DNA of 64,000 nt, from the NCBI GenBank assembly GCA_964421595.1, contig CAYQXY010000003.1:53053-117052 (forward strand). The letters are read 5' to 3'. The translations under genes were made by a program, and so were the position numbers. Positions 1 to 9,768 of the stretch are shown one piece after another; the stretch's first letter is position 1, and each line of letters begins with the position of its first letter. The stretch comes from an uncultured Bacteroidales bacterium (GTDB lineage: Bacteria; Bacteroidota; Bacteroidia; Bacteroidales; PUMT01). The notes beneath the pieces were generated by a model, which saw nothing but the letters and a program-made list of their open reading frames with translations, had not been told where the DNA came from and ran no database searches.

Positions 1-470
1 CGATAAGAAAATTCTTTGTCATGGCAGGTTGTGATGGCCGTATGAAAGACAGAAATTATTATACTGAATTTGCAGAACAGCTTCCCAAGGATACAGTAAT
101 TCTCACAGCAGGCTGTGCCAAATACCGCTATAACAAATTGCCTTTGGGTGACATAGGCGGTATTCCAAGGGTTCTTGATGCAGGGCAGTGCAATGATTCT
201 TACTCACTGGCAGTGATAGCCATGAAACTCAAGGAGGTATTTGAGCTGAACGATATAAATGAATTGCCTATTTCCTACAACATAGCGTGGTATGAACAAA
301 AAGCAGTTATAGTGCTTCTTGCCCTTCTGTCACTGGGTGTAAAGAATATTCACCTGGGTCCGACTCTTCCTGCATTCCTGTCGCCGAACGTTGCAAAGGT
401 TCTTGTAGAGAATTTCGGGATTGCCGGAATCACTACACCCGATGAGGATATAAGGATGTTTTTGAATTAG
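1..470 (+). CDS. hcp: hydroxylamine reductase / hybrid-cluster protein, C-terminal part (5' end upstream of window)
   Basis: The frame of ORF 21..470 stays open back to base 3. The translated tail ([57 protein letters not shown]) matches the conserved Hcp C-terminal domain as I remember it. Confidence 0.85.
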   Translation, partial: IRKFFVMAGCDGRMKDRNYYTEFAEQLPKDTVILTAGCAKYRYNKLPLGDIGGIPRVLDAGQCNDSYSLAVIAMKLKEVFELNDINELPISYNIAWYEQKAVIVLLALLSLGVKNIHLGPTLPAFLSPNVAKVLVENFGIAGITTPDEDIRMFLN

Positions 471-784
471 AGCAACCTTTGGAGGAGACACAGAATTGTC
501 TGTGCCTCCTTCACTTCTATTGGCTCCATCTGCCGCTTTGGCTGAAAGCTGCAATGGCTGTTTTAAACATTTCCCGGCAAGAAAGAGTACCTGAATAGAA
601 TTGAAAATCAAGTTGTTCTATGATCCTGCCTGATATAAATTTATAAGTCATTAAATTGATCCTGTCTGATTTTTCCTTTAAATTTGTATACATACCCTTT
701 TTATCATCATTATGCCAGTTAAAAAGCCGGTGCAGTTATAATTTCTCACTAAAGTTTGTTTCCAAACAACATAATCAGAACATT

Positions 785-2056
785 ATGCCAGTCAAATCAA
801 CAACCGCTATCATTGTGGCACTAGTTTGCCTTGCACAACAGACTTTTGCACAATTCACACTAAATGGGGAATTCAGGCCAAGAATGGAATACCGGCATGG
901 ATTTCAAACCCTCATGGATCCTGATGAAAATGCGGCATTTTTTATTTCGCAGAGATCCAGATTAAACCTCGGTATGAACGAAGAAAACTATTCCGTTGGC
1001 TTCAGCCTCCAGGATATCAGGGTGTGGGGAGAGGTTCCTCAATTGAACCGGAGCGACATAAATTCCTCTGTTCATGAAGCATGGGTTGATCTGAAGATTT
1101 TTAATAAGGCATTTCTGAGAGCCGGAAGACAGGAAATTATTTACGACAACAGCAGGATATTCGGAAATGTCGACTGGGCACAGCAGGCCAGGAGCCATGA
1201 TGCGGCAGTGTTAAAATGGAATCTGGAAAATGATCTTATTTTGCATGCAGGGCTGGCATTCAATCAGGAATCCGAACGGGTAAGGGAAACCTTTTACAGT
1301 TTGAACAATTACAAGACCTTTCAGTATTTTTGGCTAAACAAGAGTTGGGAAAAACTATCCGGGTCATTTCTATTCCTGAATAATGGCATACAGTTTGACC
1401 CAGCTAAAACAACATTCAGCCAGACCACCGGAAGCCGTCTTGTATACAATCCCGGCAACTTCTCCCTTTCCGGATCTGCTTATCTGCAGACTGGCAGAGA
1501 CGCAGCAAACCGCACGTTGAATGCTCATTACATATCTTTACATTATGATCAGCCTCTAACCCTGGGGGGACTAGGCCTGACAGCCGGGTTTGAGTTGCTT
1601 TCGGGAACAGATCAGGCAAATATGCAGGATCCGGGAAACCGAAGCAACACATCCTTTAGTCCGCTATACGGCACCAACCATGCATTTAACGGTCATATGG
1701 ATTATTTCTACGTGGGAAATCATTTCAATAATGCAGGTTTGAGAGATCTGTACGCAGGCTTGAACTACAATCCCCGATCCTGGTCGGCCGGCTTCAGGTT
1801 GCATTTTTTCTCCTCCGATGCCCTGCTTGTAAACCCTGCAACTCCGTCTGAAAGTATGCCCCGGTACCTGGGAACGGAAGTTGATATTTTTTTTGGTTAT
1901 AACCTGTACGAAAATATAGTACTCAGAATGGGCTATAGCGAGATGTTTGCCACCGAATCAATGGAAGTGCTTAAGGGTGGAAGTAAAAGTGAAACGAACA
2001 ACTGGGCATGGATGATGCTAATTGTTAAACCGGAATTTTTAAATATCCCAAGATAA
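785..2056 (+). CDS. outer-membrane porin, alginate-export (Alginate_exp)-like family
   Basis: ORF 656..2056. The internal ATG at 785 gives MPVKSTTAIIVALVCLAQQTFAQ, a signal peptide. The motif GRQEIIYDNSRIFGNVDWAQQARSHDAAVL resembles the alginate-export porin signature, and the composition is beta-strand rich. Confidence 0.65.
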   Translation: MPVKSTTAIIVALVCLAQQTFAQFTLNGEFRPRMEYRHGFQTLMDPDENAAFFISQRSRLNLGMNEENYSVGFSLQDIRVWGEVPQLNRSDINSSVHEAWVDLKIFNKAFLRAGRQEIIYDNSRIFGNVDWAQQARSHDAAVLKWNLENDLILHAGLAFNQESERVRETFYSLNNYKTFQYFWLNKSWEKLSGSFLFLNNGIQFDPAKTTFSQTTGSRLVYNPGNFSLSGSAYLQTGRDAANRTLNAHYISLHYDQPLTLGGLGLTAGFELLSGTDQANMQDPGNRSNTSFSPLYGTNHAFNGHMDYFYVGNHFNNAGLRDLYAGLNYNPRSWSAGFRLHFFSSDALLVNPATPSESMPRYLGTEVDIFFGYNLYENIVLRMGYSEMFATESMEVLKGGSKSETNNWAWMMLIVKPEFLNIPR

Positions 2057-2235
2057 TGTCAGTAGATATAATGGTTTGTACCTGTATGGAGGTATATGAA
2101 AGTGAAATAATAAAAGCAATCAAAGAAAAAAACCTTACAACAATAGATGCTGTAGGTGAAGAAACAGGGGCCGGAACAATTTGTGGCGACTGTAAGGATG
2201 AAATAGGTGATATCCTTGAGCGGGTAAACAGGTAA
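2056..2235 (+). CDS. BFD-like [2Fe-2S]-binding domain protein (59 aa), not in supplied ORF track
   Basis: My own translation is MSVDIMVCTCMEVYESEIIKAIKEKNLTTIDAVGEETGAGTICGDCKDEIGDILERVNR. It carries the CxC...CxxC pattern of the Bfd/NirB-type 2Fe-2S domain. The ATG overlaps the porin TAA by 1 nt (TAATG). Confidence 0.7.
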   Translation: MSVDIMVCTCMEVYESEIIKAIKEKNLTTIDAVGEETGAGTICGDCKDEIGDILERVNR

Positions 2236-2439
2236 ATAATACTATAGTCAATTTAATCGGGCGTGGCAAAAAACATGGATAGCCCATGTTTCACCAGATT
2301 TTAGAAGAATTGACCATAGAATGGTTTATGCAATCCTGACAACAATTTGATTTGTGATTGCAACTTGCTTAATCTAATACTAATAACTTTAATTATACGG
2401 ATGAACCTGTCATCCGTTAAACTAATAAATATAACCAAT

Positions 2440-2775
2440 ATGGAACAGAAAGAATTTCAAAAAGGCAGGGTTTTCCGCTTTGAAGGCGAAGTCGACTATG
2501 CTGCCGGTTCGGTGGTAAGTAAGAATGTACTAAAACGTGATACCGGCAATATATCATTATTCTCTTTTGATAAGGGAGAAGGACTCAGCGAGCATACAGC
2601 CCCGTTTGATGCACTTGTCCAGGTGGTTGACGGAAAAGCAGAAATAACTATTGATGGCAACCCACATCTGGTGGACAAAGGAGAGTCAATAATAATGCCG
2701 GCAAATATTCCCCATGCTCTAAAAGCAGTTGAAAACTTTAAAATGGTCCTGACAATGATTAAAGAGCCCAGGTAA
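2440..2775 (+). CDS. cupin domain protein
   Basis: ORF 2347..2775, with a likely start at the ATG at 2440 (MEQKEFQKG). The cupin-2-like motifs GEGLSEHTAPFDALVQVVDG and IIMPANIPHAL are present. Confidence 0.75.
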   Translation: MEQKEFQKGRVFRFEGEVDYAAGSVVSKNVLKRDTGNISLFSFDKGEGLSEHTAPFDALVQVVDGKAEITIDGNPHLVDKGESIIMPANIPHALKAVENFKMVLTMIKEPR

Positions 2776-2808
2776 GGATATATTAATTGTTAGACTGAAT
2801 TCAAATTA

Positions 2809-2839
2809 GCAACCCCCATTGTCAGGTTGCTTTTTTTTT
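2809..2839 (+). terminator. rho-independent terminator after cupin gene
   Basis: GCAACC (2809-2814) and GGTTGC (2825-2830) form a stem with a 10-nt loop, followed by T9 (2831-2839). Confidence 0.65.
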
Positions 2840-2939
2840 GATATTTTTGGATTGGCATGAAGCTATTTGGTACTGTTTCACCTATATAATGTCAGCTTAC
2901 AGGTAAGGTGATGCCCAGAATGAAACTAATAAGCAACTG

Positions 2940-3530
2940 ATGAAGCGGTTATTAAAAACATTGGAGCCACCACCGGGATGGAAACCGGCAGTTATAATAC
3001 TGCTGGGGACCCTTACAGGAATATTCTTTCTTGTTTTTCAGACATCTGAAGCCCATTCGTATATTTCCGATAACCCCGAGACCTGCATAAACTGCCATGT
3101 AATGTACCCGCAGTATGCTTCATGGGCAAGGAGCAGTCACCGCGAAACAGCTACCTGTGCTGAGTGCCATGTGCCCCAGGATAATTTTTTCAGTAAATAT
3201 TACGTAAAGGGAACCGATGGTATGAGGCATGCCTATGTTTTTACTTCGAGAACTGAACCACAGGTCATACAGATTAAGCAGCGCGGCATTAATGTGGTGC
3301 AGGAAAACTGCATACGCTGCCATCTGGACCTTGTTGATATGGTTAGCATTGTTGAGGTTACCGGGAATAATCATATGGAAGGTGAGGGTCATCGTTGCTG
3401 GGACTGCCATCAGACGGTCCCTCACGGGGATGTCAGGAGTTTGTCTTCGGCTCCCTTCTCGCTTGTGCCCAGGCTTCCATCGGTAATGCCGCGATGGCTT
3501 CAGGATTTTATGAATCGCAACAATGATTAA
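2940..3530 (+). CDS. nrfH: cytochrome c nitrite reductase small subunit NrfH (tetrahaem NapC/NirT family, membrane anchored)
   Basis: An N-terminal TM helix is followed by four CxxCH motifs (CINCH, CAECH, CIRCH, CWDCH). The gene lies directly upstream of nrfA. Confidence 0.9.
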   Translation: MKRLLKTLEPPPGWKPAVIILLGTLTGIFFLVFQTSEAHSYISDNPETCINCHVMYPQYASWARSSHRETATCAECHVPQDNFFSKYYVKGTDGMRHAYVFTSRTEPQVIQIKQRGINVVQENCIRCHLDLVDMVSIVEVTGNNHMEGEGHRCWDCHQTVPHGDVRSLSSAPFSLVPRLPSVMPRWLQDFMNRNND

Positions 3531-3612
3531 GGCATAATTTTCATTATTGAAAATTATGCCTGTTGAAACAGATGTAATCAAAATTAAAATATAATACATA
3601 AAGACCAAGCAT

Positions 3613-5091
3613 ATGGCAACCATTAAAGAACTTTCTGAAAAAAAGCCCTGGGTAAACTGGGTTCTTTTCTTTGGCACAGTAATCATTGTTTTTTTACTCG
3701 GCCTTTTTGCCGCCTCAATTGTTGAAAGGAGAAGCGAGGCTCAGGCTTATTTTCAGATGACCCATCCCCTGCCGGAATTTGAACCGAGAAATGAAATGTG
3801 GGGCCAGAACTTCCCAAGGCAGTATGAGTCATACAAGCAGACACTTGACACAACATTCGAAAGCAAGTACTATGGTTCAGTCATGATAGACTACCTTGAA
3901 AAGTATCCGGAAATGGTCATTATGTGGGCAGGGTATGCCTTTGCGAGGGATTACAGTCAGGGCAGGGGGCACTACTACTCTGCATATGATATACAAAGAA
4001 CCCTGCGTACAGTTCAGCCCCAGCCGGCTACCTGCTGGACCTGCAAGAGTACGGACGTGCCCAGAATGATGAATGAGGTTGGTGTTGCTGAGTTTTACAG
4101 TGGTACCTGGATTGACATGGGAAGCGAAATTATAAATCCGATCGGGTGCCAGGATTGCCATGACCCTGAGACCATGAACCTCAGGATTACAAGGCCTGCC
4201 CTGTCAGAGGCATTTGAAAGGCAGGGAAGAGACATAGAGCATTCTACCCACCAGGAAATGCGTTCACTTGTATGTGCCCAGTGCCATGTAGAATATTATT
4301 TTGGTGAGAATAATTATCTTACATTCCCGTGGGATGATGGCTTCAGTGCAGTTGCCATTGAAGAGTATTTTGATAGATATGAGCATACCGATTGGGTACA
4401 TAGTTTGAGCAGGGCACCTATGCTTAAGGCTCAGCATCCTGACTATGAGCATTACAAAACAGGTGTACACGCTGATCGTGGCGTTTCATGTGCCGATTGT
4501 CATATGCCTTACAAGAGGGAAGGCGGCCTGAAATTCACCAATCACCACCTGGTGAGTCCGCTGAATAATATAGAAGGATCCTGCCAGGTTTGCCATCGTG
4601 AGAGTGAAGAGACACTTCGCCAGAATGTCTACGACCGACAGTCAAAAGTAAGTGAATTGCGGCGTATTGCAGAAAAACATCTGGCAAGGCTGCACATCGA
4701 GGCAAAGGCTGCCTGGGATGCAGGTGCAACAGAAGAAGATATGGATGAGATACTTACCCTGATAAGGCATTCTCAGTGGAGATGGGACTGGGTGGCTGCG
4801 GCAAACAGCATGGGCTTTCATTCTCCCAACGAATCATTGAGAACCCTCGCCACATCCATAGATAAGGCGCAGGAAGCGCGAGTACTTCTTACAAGGGTGT
4901 TCAACAAATATGATGTTCCGCAGCCAATAGACCTTCCCGACTACTCGACCAAAGCATTGGCCCAGCAGTTACTCGGACTGGATATGGCGAACCTGGAACA
5001 GCAAAAAGACGTGTTCCTTAATACTGTATTGCCGGAATGGCTTGAGGACGCACGACAAAGGGAAGAGCTGTACCACCACCCTGAGGAATGA
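3613..5091 (+). CDS. nrfA: ammonia-forming cytochrome c nitrite reductase NrfA (pentahaem)
   Basis: The active-site haem motif CWTCK (CxxCK) is present, plus CQDCH, CAQCH, CADCH and CQVCH. There is an N-terminal hydrophobic anchor or signal. The 492-aa length is typical. Confidence 0.95.
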   Translation: MATIKELSEKKPWVNWVLFFGTVIIVFLLGLFAASIVERRSEAQAYFQMTHPLPEFEPRNEMWGQNFPRQYESYKQTLDTTFESKYYGSVMIDYLEKYPEMVIMWAGYAFARDYSQGRGHYYSAYDIQRTLRTVQPQPATCWTCKSTDVPRMMNEVGVAEFYSGTWIDMGSEIINPIGCQDCHDPETMNLRITRPALSEAFERQGRDIEHSTHQEMRSLVCAQCHVEYYFGENNYLTFPWDDGFSAVAIEEYFDRYEHTDWVHSLSRAPMLKAQHPDYEHYKTGVHADRGVSCADCHMPYKREGGLKFTNHHLVSPLNNIEGSCQVCHRESEETLRQNVYDRQSKVSELRRIAEKHLARLHIEAKAAWDAGATEEDMDEILTLIRHSQWRWDWVAAANSMGFHSPNESLRTLATSIDKAQEARVLLTRVFNKYDVPQPIDLPDYSTKALAQQLLGLDMANLEQQKDVFLNTVLPEWLEDARQREELYHHPEE

Positions 5092-5611
5092 CCTGCCTCT
5101 AACAAGGCTTATCAGGTTTTTCAATTATTTGTTGTATTTAATATCTGCACCGCTGTAGAATATCGGTAACTCCTTATTCATTCACTTAAATGGTAAATAG
5201 TTAATGTGTGCCTTACTTCGCACGAAGTTCATCTGTTCATAAACACCCCTGATAGGCGGGGGTTGAAAATGACCATGTATTATTCCTCCATCAGTTGGTA
5301 TAACCCTACTTTATTGATTTTTCTTTCCTTCAGGCGAAACATGATGCCGTTTTAATTCGTATTAAAAACTACCCTGATAATAATTCAGGTCCTGATATCC
5401 GGTTGTAAAACTTATAACCACTATCAGATCATTCTGATATAGCCTGTCCGGTTTTGTCAGTCTACCCGGCATGAACAGTTTCAAACTGGTTGGATATCCG
5501 GATAGACCGTACAGGTTAGTTGTTGTGTTAATTAATTAATACCTGAATTTTTCTAAAAATGGCGTACTTGAGCAATGATATCTTCCGGCTGCAACGATCA
5601 GGAACTTTCCG

Positions 5612-7729
5612 ATGCATATAAGTCAAAAAACTCAATTAAAGGCGGTCATGTCCTTGACAGTTGTTATTATAACAGCTACCGGACTGCTTGGGTATGGATT
5701 AAATCTCGCGCTTCAAACCCAAAGCATTCCGGTTATCCTGATTGTATCGCTTATCTGCATCATCCTGGCATTATTGGTTTCACTGCTTTTTTATTATTTG
5801 TATTCCCGCCCTCTTATAAAATTCTGGTTCAGGGCTGAACAACAGGCAAAGGTACAAACCAGGAAACAGTTTGCCGATTTCATGGATGACCTCCCCCTGG
5901 GTGTTTTTATTAAAGACGATAAAAGCAGGGCTATCTATCTGAATCAATATATGGACAATGTGTTCGGAAAGTCAAATTGCATAAGTAAATCGCCTTATAA
6001 TATCTTTGACCGGACTACGGCTGACAGGGTAATAAGTGAAGACAAAAGGGTCCTGGCGGGCGAAAATGTAATGGTAGAGGAATCGCTGACCGACAAAAAC
6101 GGCCGGAACAGGGTTTATATGACCCATAAGTTTCTTATGCAGGAGGTGGAGGCCGATCCGCTGATAGGTGGTATATCGATCGAAATAACACGAAGGAGGG
6201 AGGCAGAATACAAGCTCCGGATATTGTCAAAGGCAATCAGGAATTCACCTGTATGTGTAATAATTACCGACCCCGAAGGCATGATAGAGTATGTCAATCC
6301 GGCATTTGTAAATTCAACAGGATTTAGCTTTGCCGAGGTGATGGGGGAAAATACAAAGATTATCAACTCCGGCAAGCATGAGAAAGAGTTTTTCCGCAAT
6401 ATGTGGTCGGTTATAAAAGAGGGACATGACTGGCAGGGTGAGATTCTGAACAGAAAAAAAGACGGATCGCTTTTCTGGGAACTGGTCAATATCTCGTCAG
6501 TCAAGAACAATAACGGAGAAATAACTCATTTTGTTGCTATTAAAGACAACATCAGCAAGCGGAAACATATGGAAGAAGAGCTGCTGAGAGCCAAAGAGAA
6601 AGCTGAGGAGAGCGACAGACTCAAATCTGCTTTTCTGGCAAACATGTCACATGAGATCCGGACACCAATGAATGCAATTGTAGGCCTTTCCAGTCTCCTG
6701 TCAGATCCGCAGCTCCCTTTTTCGGAAAGGGAAGGCTTCTCGTCAATAATCCTTGAAAATTCAAATGTACTGTTGCAACTAATCGATGATATAGTAGATG
6801 TATCAAAGATAGAAGCAGGACAGATTAAGATACGTCCGTCTGTTTGTGAGATAACTGCATTATTGTGTGATATATACGAATCATTCGCTCTGCAGATAAG
6901 AAATAAGGGGAATTCTGTTAAGCTGGTTCTCAATGAAGCGATGTATGGTAAAAAGCTATACACATTGACCGACGCCTACAGGCTGAGACAGATTCTAACC
7001 AATTTAATAAGCAACGCTTTGAAATTTACCGAACATGGCACGGTAGAGTTTGGTTACAGCATGAAAAATGGGAGCGATATCCGGTTTTTTGTAAAAGATA
7101 CCGGTATTGGAATCCCGGCTGATAAGCATGATATGATATTTGACCGTTTCAGGCAGGCTGATGATACCAGGACAAGATATCACCAGGGTGCAGGACTGGG
7201 ACTGTCTATTTCAAAAAGCCTTGTTGAGCTCCTGGGGGGCCAAATATGGGTTGAATCAGAAAGAGACAGGGGGGCCTGTTTCTATTTCACCATCCCATTG
7301 CGCAAGTCGGCCGAAAACACAGCAACTGCAGCTCATAATACTGAGTTGTCAGCAGTTCCGGATCTTACCGGTAAAACTATTCTGGTGGTAGAAGATGTTG
7401 AGGTAAACTTTACCCTGCTTGAAGCACTCCTTAAAAAGACCGGCGCTGACCTGCCATGGGCTATCAACGGCACCAGGGCACTGGAGTTTTGCAAAGACAA
7501 CAATAACATATCTTTAGTATTACTTGACCTGAATCTTCCGGATATTCACGGACTGGATGTTTTGCGGGAAATCAAGAAAAAATACAAGAACCTGCCGGTA
7601 ATAATTCATACGGCATACGCCATGAATGGCGAGAAGGAACTCTGCATAAATGCCGGATGTGATGGGTTCATAACCAAGCCGATAGATCTGGAAAATCTTA
7701 TCAGGCTTATAAAGGAATGCAATATTTAA
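5612..7729 (+). CDS. hybrid sensor histidine kinase / response regulator (2 TM, PAS domains, HisKA, HATPase_c, REC)
   Basis: The H-box is SHEIRTPMNAI. N/G boxes are present (NLISNALKFT, DTGIGI, GAGLGLSI). The PAS region includes PEGMIEYVNPAF. The C-terminal receiver has LVLLDLNLPD and a KP motif. Confidence 0.9.
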   Translation: MHISQKTQLKAVMSLTVVIITATGLLGYGLNLALQTQSIPVILIVSLICIILALLVSLLFYYLYSRPLIKFWFRAEQQAKVQTRKQFADFMDDLPLGVFIKDDKSRAIYLNQYMDNVFGKSNCISKSPYNIFDRTTADRVISEDKRVLAGENVMVEESLTDKNGRNRVYMTHKFLMQEVEADPLIGGISIEITRRREAEYKLRILSKAIRNSPVCVIITDPEGMIEYVNPAFVNSTGFSFAEVMGENTKIINSGKHEKEFFRNMWSVIKEGHDWQGEILNRKKDGSLFWELVNISSVKNNNGEITHFVAIKDNISKRKHMEEELLRAKEKAEESDRLKSAFLANMSHEIRTPMNAIVGLSSLLSDPQLPFSEREGFSSIILENSNVLLQLIDDIVDVSKIEAGQIKIRPSVCEITALLCDIYESFALQIRNKGNSVKLVLNEAMYGKKLYTLTDAYRLRQILTNLISNALKFTEHGTVEFGYSMKNGSDIRFFVKDTGIGIPADKHDMIFDRFRQADDTRTRYHQGAGLGLSISKSLVELLGGQIWVESERDRGACFYFTIPLRKSAENTATAAHNTELSAVPDLTGKTILVVEDVEVNFTLLEALLKKTGADLPWAINGTRALEFCKDNNNISLVLLDLNLPDIHGLDVLREIKKKYKNLPVIIHTAYAMNGEKELCINAGCDGFITKPIDLENLIRLIKECNI

Positions 7730-7805
7730 ATAACAAGTATAAAATTTTTGTAATACAGATTTTTATATCTTTAGCTTAATTAATTTAACAAATAAGATCA
7801 AGGCG

Positions 7806-9713
7806 ATGTCAAACTCCATGCTGAAATTCAAGTTCGGATTAAAATCGAAACTGGGACTGATCCCGGGTACTTCCCGGCTGGAAGCCCGGAAAAATGAGCT
7901 CGAAAAGGAATACGAAGAATTCCTCAATTATGAGAAATCGAATGAACCAAAACGGTTTATGGAACTGGAAGAGATAGTTACTTCCCAGGATTTTGAAGAT
8001 CGGAGGAAGCACATTAATAACCAGAAATTTAAAGGATCTCCGGCATGGCAGAAGTTCAAAGATTATACTGCTCTCAAAAACTCCCGGGAATTCAAAGGAT
8101 ATTTTGCAATTGTAAATTCCAAAGAATTTGATGATTACAGGAAATGTGAAAATTCCTCGGAATTGAAGGAATTTGAGAACCTGGGTGCATATTTGAAATC
8201 ACCTGAATTCAAAGCTATAAAAAAATCTAAATTCAAAGAGAGTGAAGCATGGCATAAATACATGGAATACAAAAGGCTCAGCAAAAAACCTGAGATTAAG
8301 GACTACTTCAGGATCAAACATTCTAAAAATTACAAGGCACTCAAAGAAGTTGAGGGTAGTAAAACTTTAGCCCATTTTGAGGAACTTCATCAACTTGTAA
8401 ATTCTTCTGAGTTCCTTGTGATGAAAAGATCAATGTCTGCATCGGAATTCAAACAGACAACCGAATATGCCAAATACAAGGAGTATAAAAGCCTTGAATC
8501 TGATCCTGATATCAGGGGTTATAATGAACTTTTAAGGGACAAGGCTTATTCAAGTTTTAAGGTACTTGAGAATTCGCCTGAGATAAGGGAATTTGAAAAC
8601 CTTGAAAATTATGTTAACTCTTCGGAATATAAAAATGCCAGAAAGGATTTCGAACTGAAAAAAGCAGCAGAACTGCATAAGCAGAATGATTACAATAACC
8701 TGAGAAAATCGGTTAAGTTCAAATCATACTATAAAATCAAAGACTCCAGGGATCTCCTTCATTATAAGAAAATCAAGGATTCGCCCGAGCTTGAAAACTT
8801 TTATGAACTTGAGAAATATATCTTATCAACAGAGTTCAAGGAAACAAAGTCCTATCTTGAATCACGGGACAAGTATAAAAAATCACCTGATTATGTTCAA
8901 TTAATTGCATATGAAGAATTAAAAAAATCAAGAAAGCTTAAATGGTATTATAAGCTTAAAAAATCCGGTAAATTTGAGGAAGTTAAAAAGTGGAAGCTTG
9001 TATTTTCCGATGATTTTACCGGCAGCGAGCTTGACAAAACCAAATGGCTCACATCATTTTACTGGGGAAAAGAATTGTTGAAGGATAGCTACTCGCTTGG
9101 GTCTGACCCCCACTTTTACAGTGATGGGAATAACCTTGAAGTTGATAACAGCCTCTTAAAACTCCATACCAGAAAAGAACAGGTTACCGGACAGGCATGG
9201 GATCCTGCAATCGGGTTTTTTCCGAAGGAATTCGCCTATACATCAGGACTTGTTAATACCGGTGACAGTTTCCGTCAGAAATATGGCGCATTTGAAGCCA
9301 AAATCAGAATGCATCCATCGAAAGCGGTAAACCATGCATTCTGGATGTTGTCAGATACGGCTGTTCCGCATATAGATATTTTCCGTTATTCCGGGCTAAA
9401 CAAGAGACAAATTGAGCTTAATAATTACTGGGAACAGGGTCAGGTGCCCGGAGAGATAAGAAGGAATGCTGATAATGTTGGCGGAATTGATTTCTCTAAG
9501 GGCTTTTTTATTTTCCGGCTTGAATGGTATCCTGACAAGCTTGTATGGAAAATTAATGAAACAGTTGTGAAAATTGAAGAGGAGGGCATTCCGGATGTAC
9601 CAATGTACCTGCTCCTTAGTTCAGGAGTAGAAGATAATGCCGATGGCAACGGATTGCCGTCAACTATTGATATTGACTGGGTTAAATGCTACAGGCTGGA
9701 AAAGCCTGAGTAA
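7806..9713 (+). CDS. repeat-rich protein with C-terminal GH16-like (concanavalin-like glucanase fold) domain; catalytic motif degenerate
   Basis: The 635-aa ORF has five ~70-aa K/E/F/Y-rich repeats over roughly aa 40-390. The C-terminal part aligns to the GH16 pattern (FSDDF, YTSGLVNT, YGAFEAKIRM, HAFWML, IDIDWVKCYRL). The ExDxxE site reads HIDIFR. Confidence 0.75.
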   Translation: MSNSMLKFKFGLKSKLGLIPGTSRLEARKNELEKEYEEFLNYEKSNEPKRFMELEEIVTSQDFEDRRKHINNQKFKGSPAWQKFKDYTALKNSREFKGYFAIVNSKEFDDYRKCENSSELKEFENLGAYLKSPEFKAIKKSKFKESEAWHKYMEYKRLSKKPEIKDYFRIKHSKNYKALKEVEGSKTLAHFEELHQLVNSSEFLVMKRSMSASEFKQTTEYAKYKEYKSLESDPDIRGYNELLRDKAYSSFKVLENSPEIREFENLENYVNSSEYKNARKDFELKKAAELHKQNDYNNLRKSVKFKSYYKIKDSRDLLHYKKIKDSPELENFYELEKYILSTEFKETKSYLESRDKYKKSPDYVQLIAYEELKKSRKLKWYYKLKKSGKFEEVKKWKLVFSDDFTGSELDKTKWLTSFYWGKELLKDSYSLGSDPHFYSDGNNLEVDNSLLKLHTRKEQVTGQAWDPAIGFFPKEFAYTSGLVNTGDSFRQKYGAFEAKIRMHPSKAVNHAFWMLSDTAVPHIDIFRYSGLNKRQIELNNYWEQGQVPGEIRRNADNVGGIDFSKGFFIFRLEWYPDKLVWKINETVVKIEEEGIPDVPMYLLLSSGVEDNADGNGLPSTIDIDWVKCYRLEKPE

Positions 9714-9768
9714 TATAAGGCTGTCAATAAGGTAACTTAATGCATCGCCCTGTATAGTCGGTGTAGCA

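Noticed and set aside
471-520. Hairpin GGAGGAGACA...TGTCTGTGCCTCC after hcp as a terminator
   Set aside because: The stem is interrupted by a 3-nt bulge and is not followed by a T-run, which is too weak to call.
2842-2849. TATTTTTG as the nrfH -7 promoter box
   Set aside because: It matches TAnnTTTG but is embedded in the T-run of the preceding terminator, and it would give a ~85-nt leader. It cannot be distinguished from chance.
5575-5838. 87-aa ORF overlapping the start of the hybrid kinase
   Set aside because: It is in a different frame over the TM region of the 705-aa kinase ORF. No independent support.
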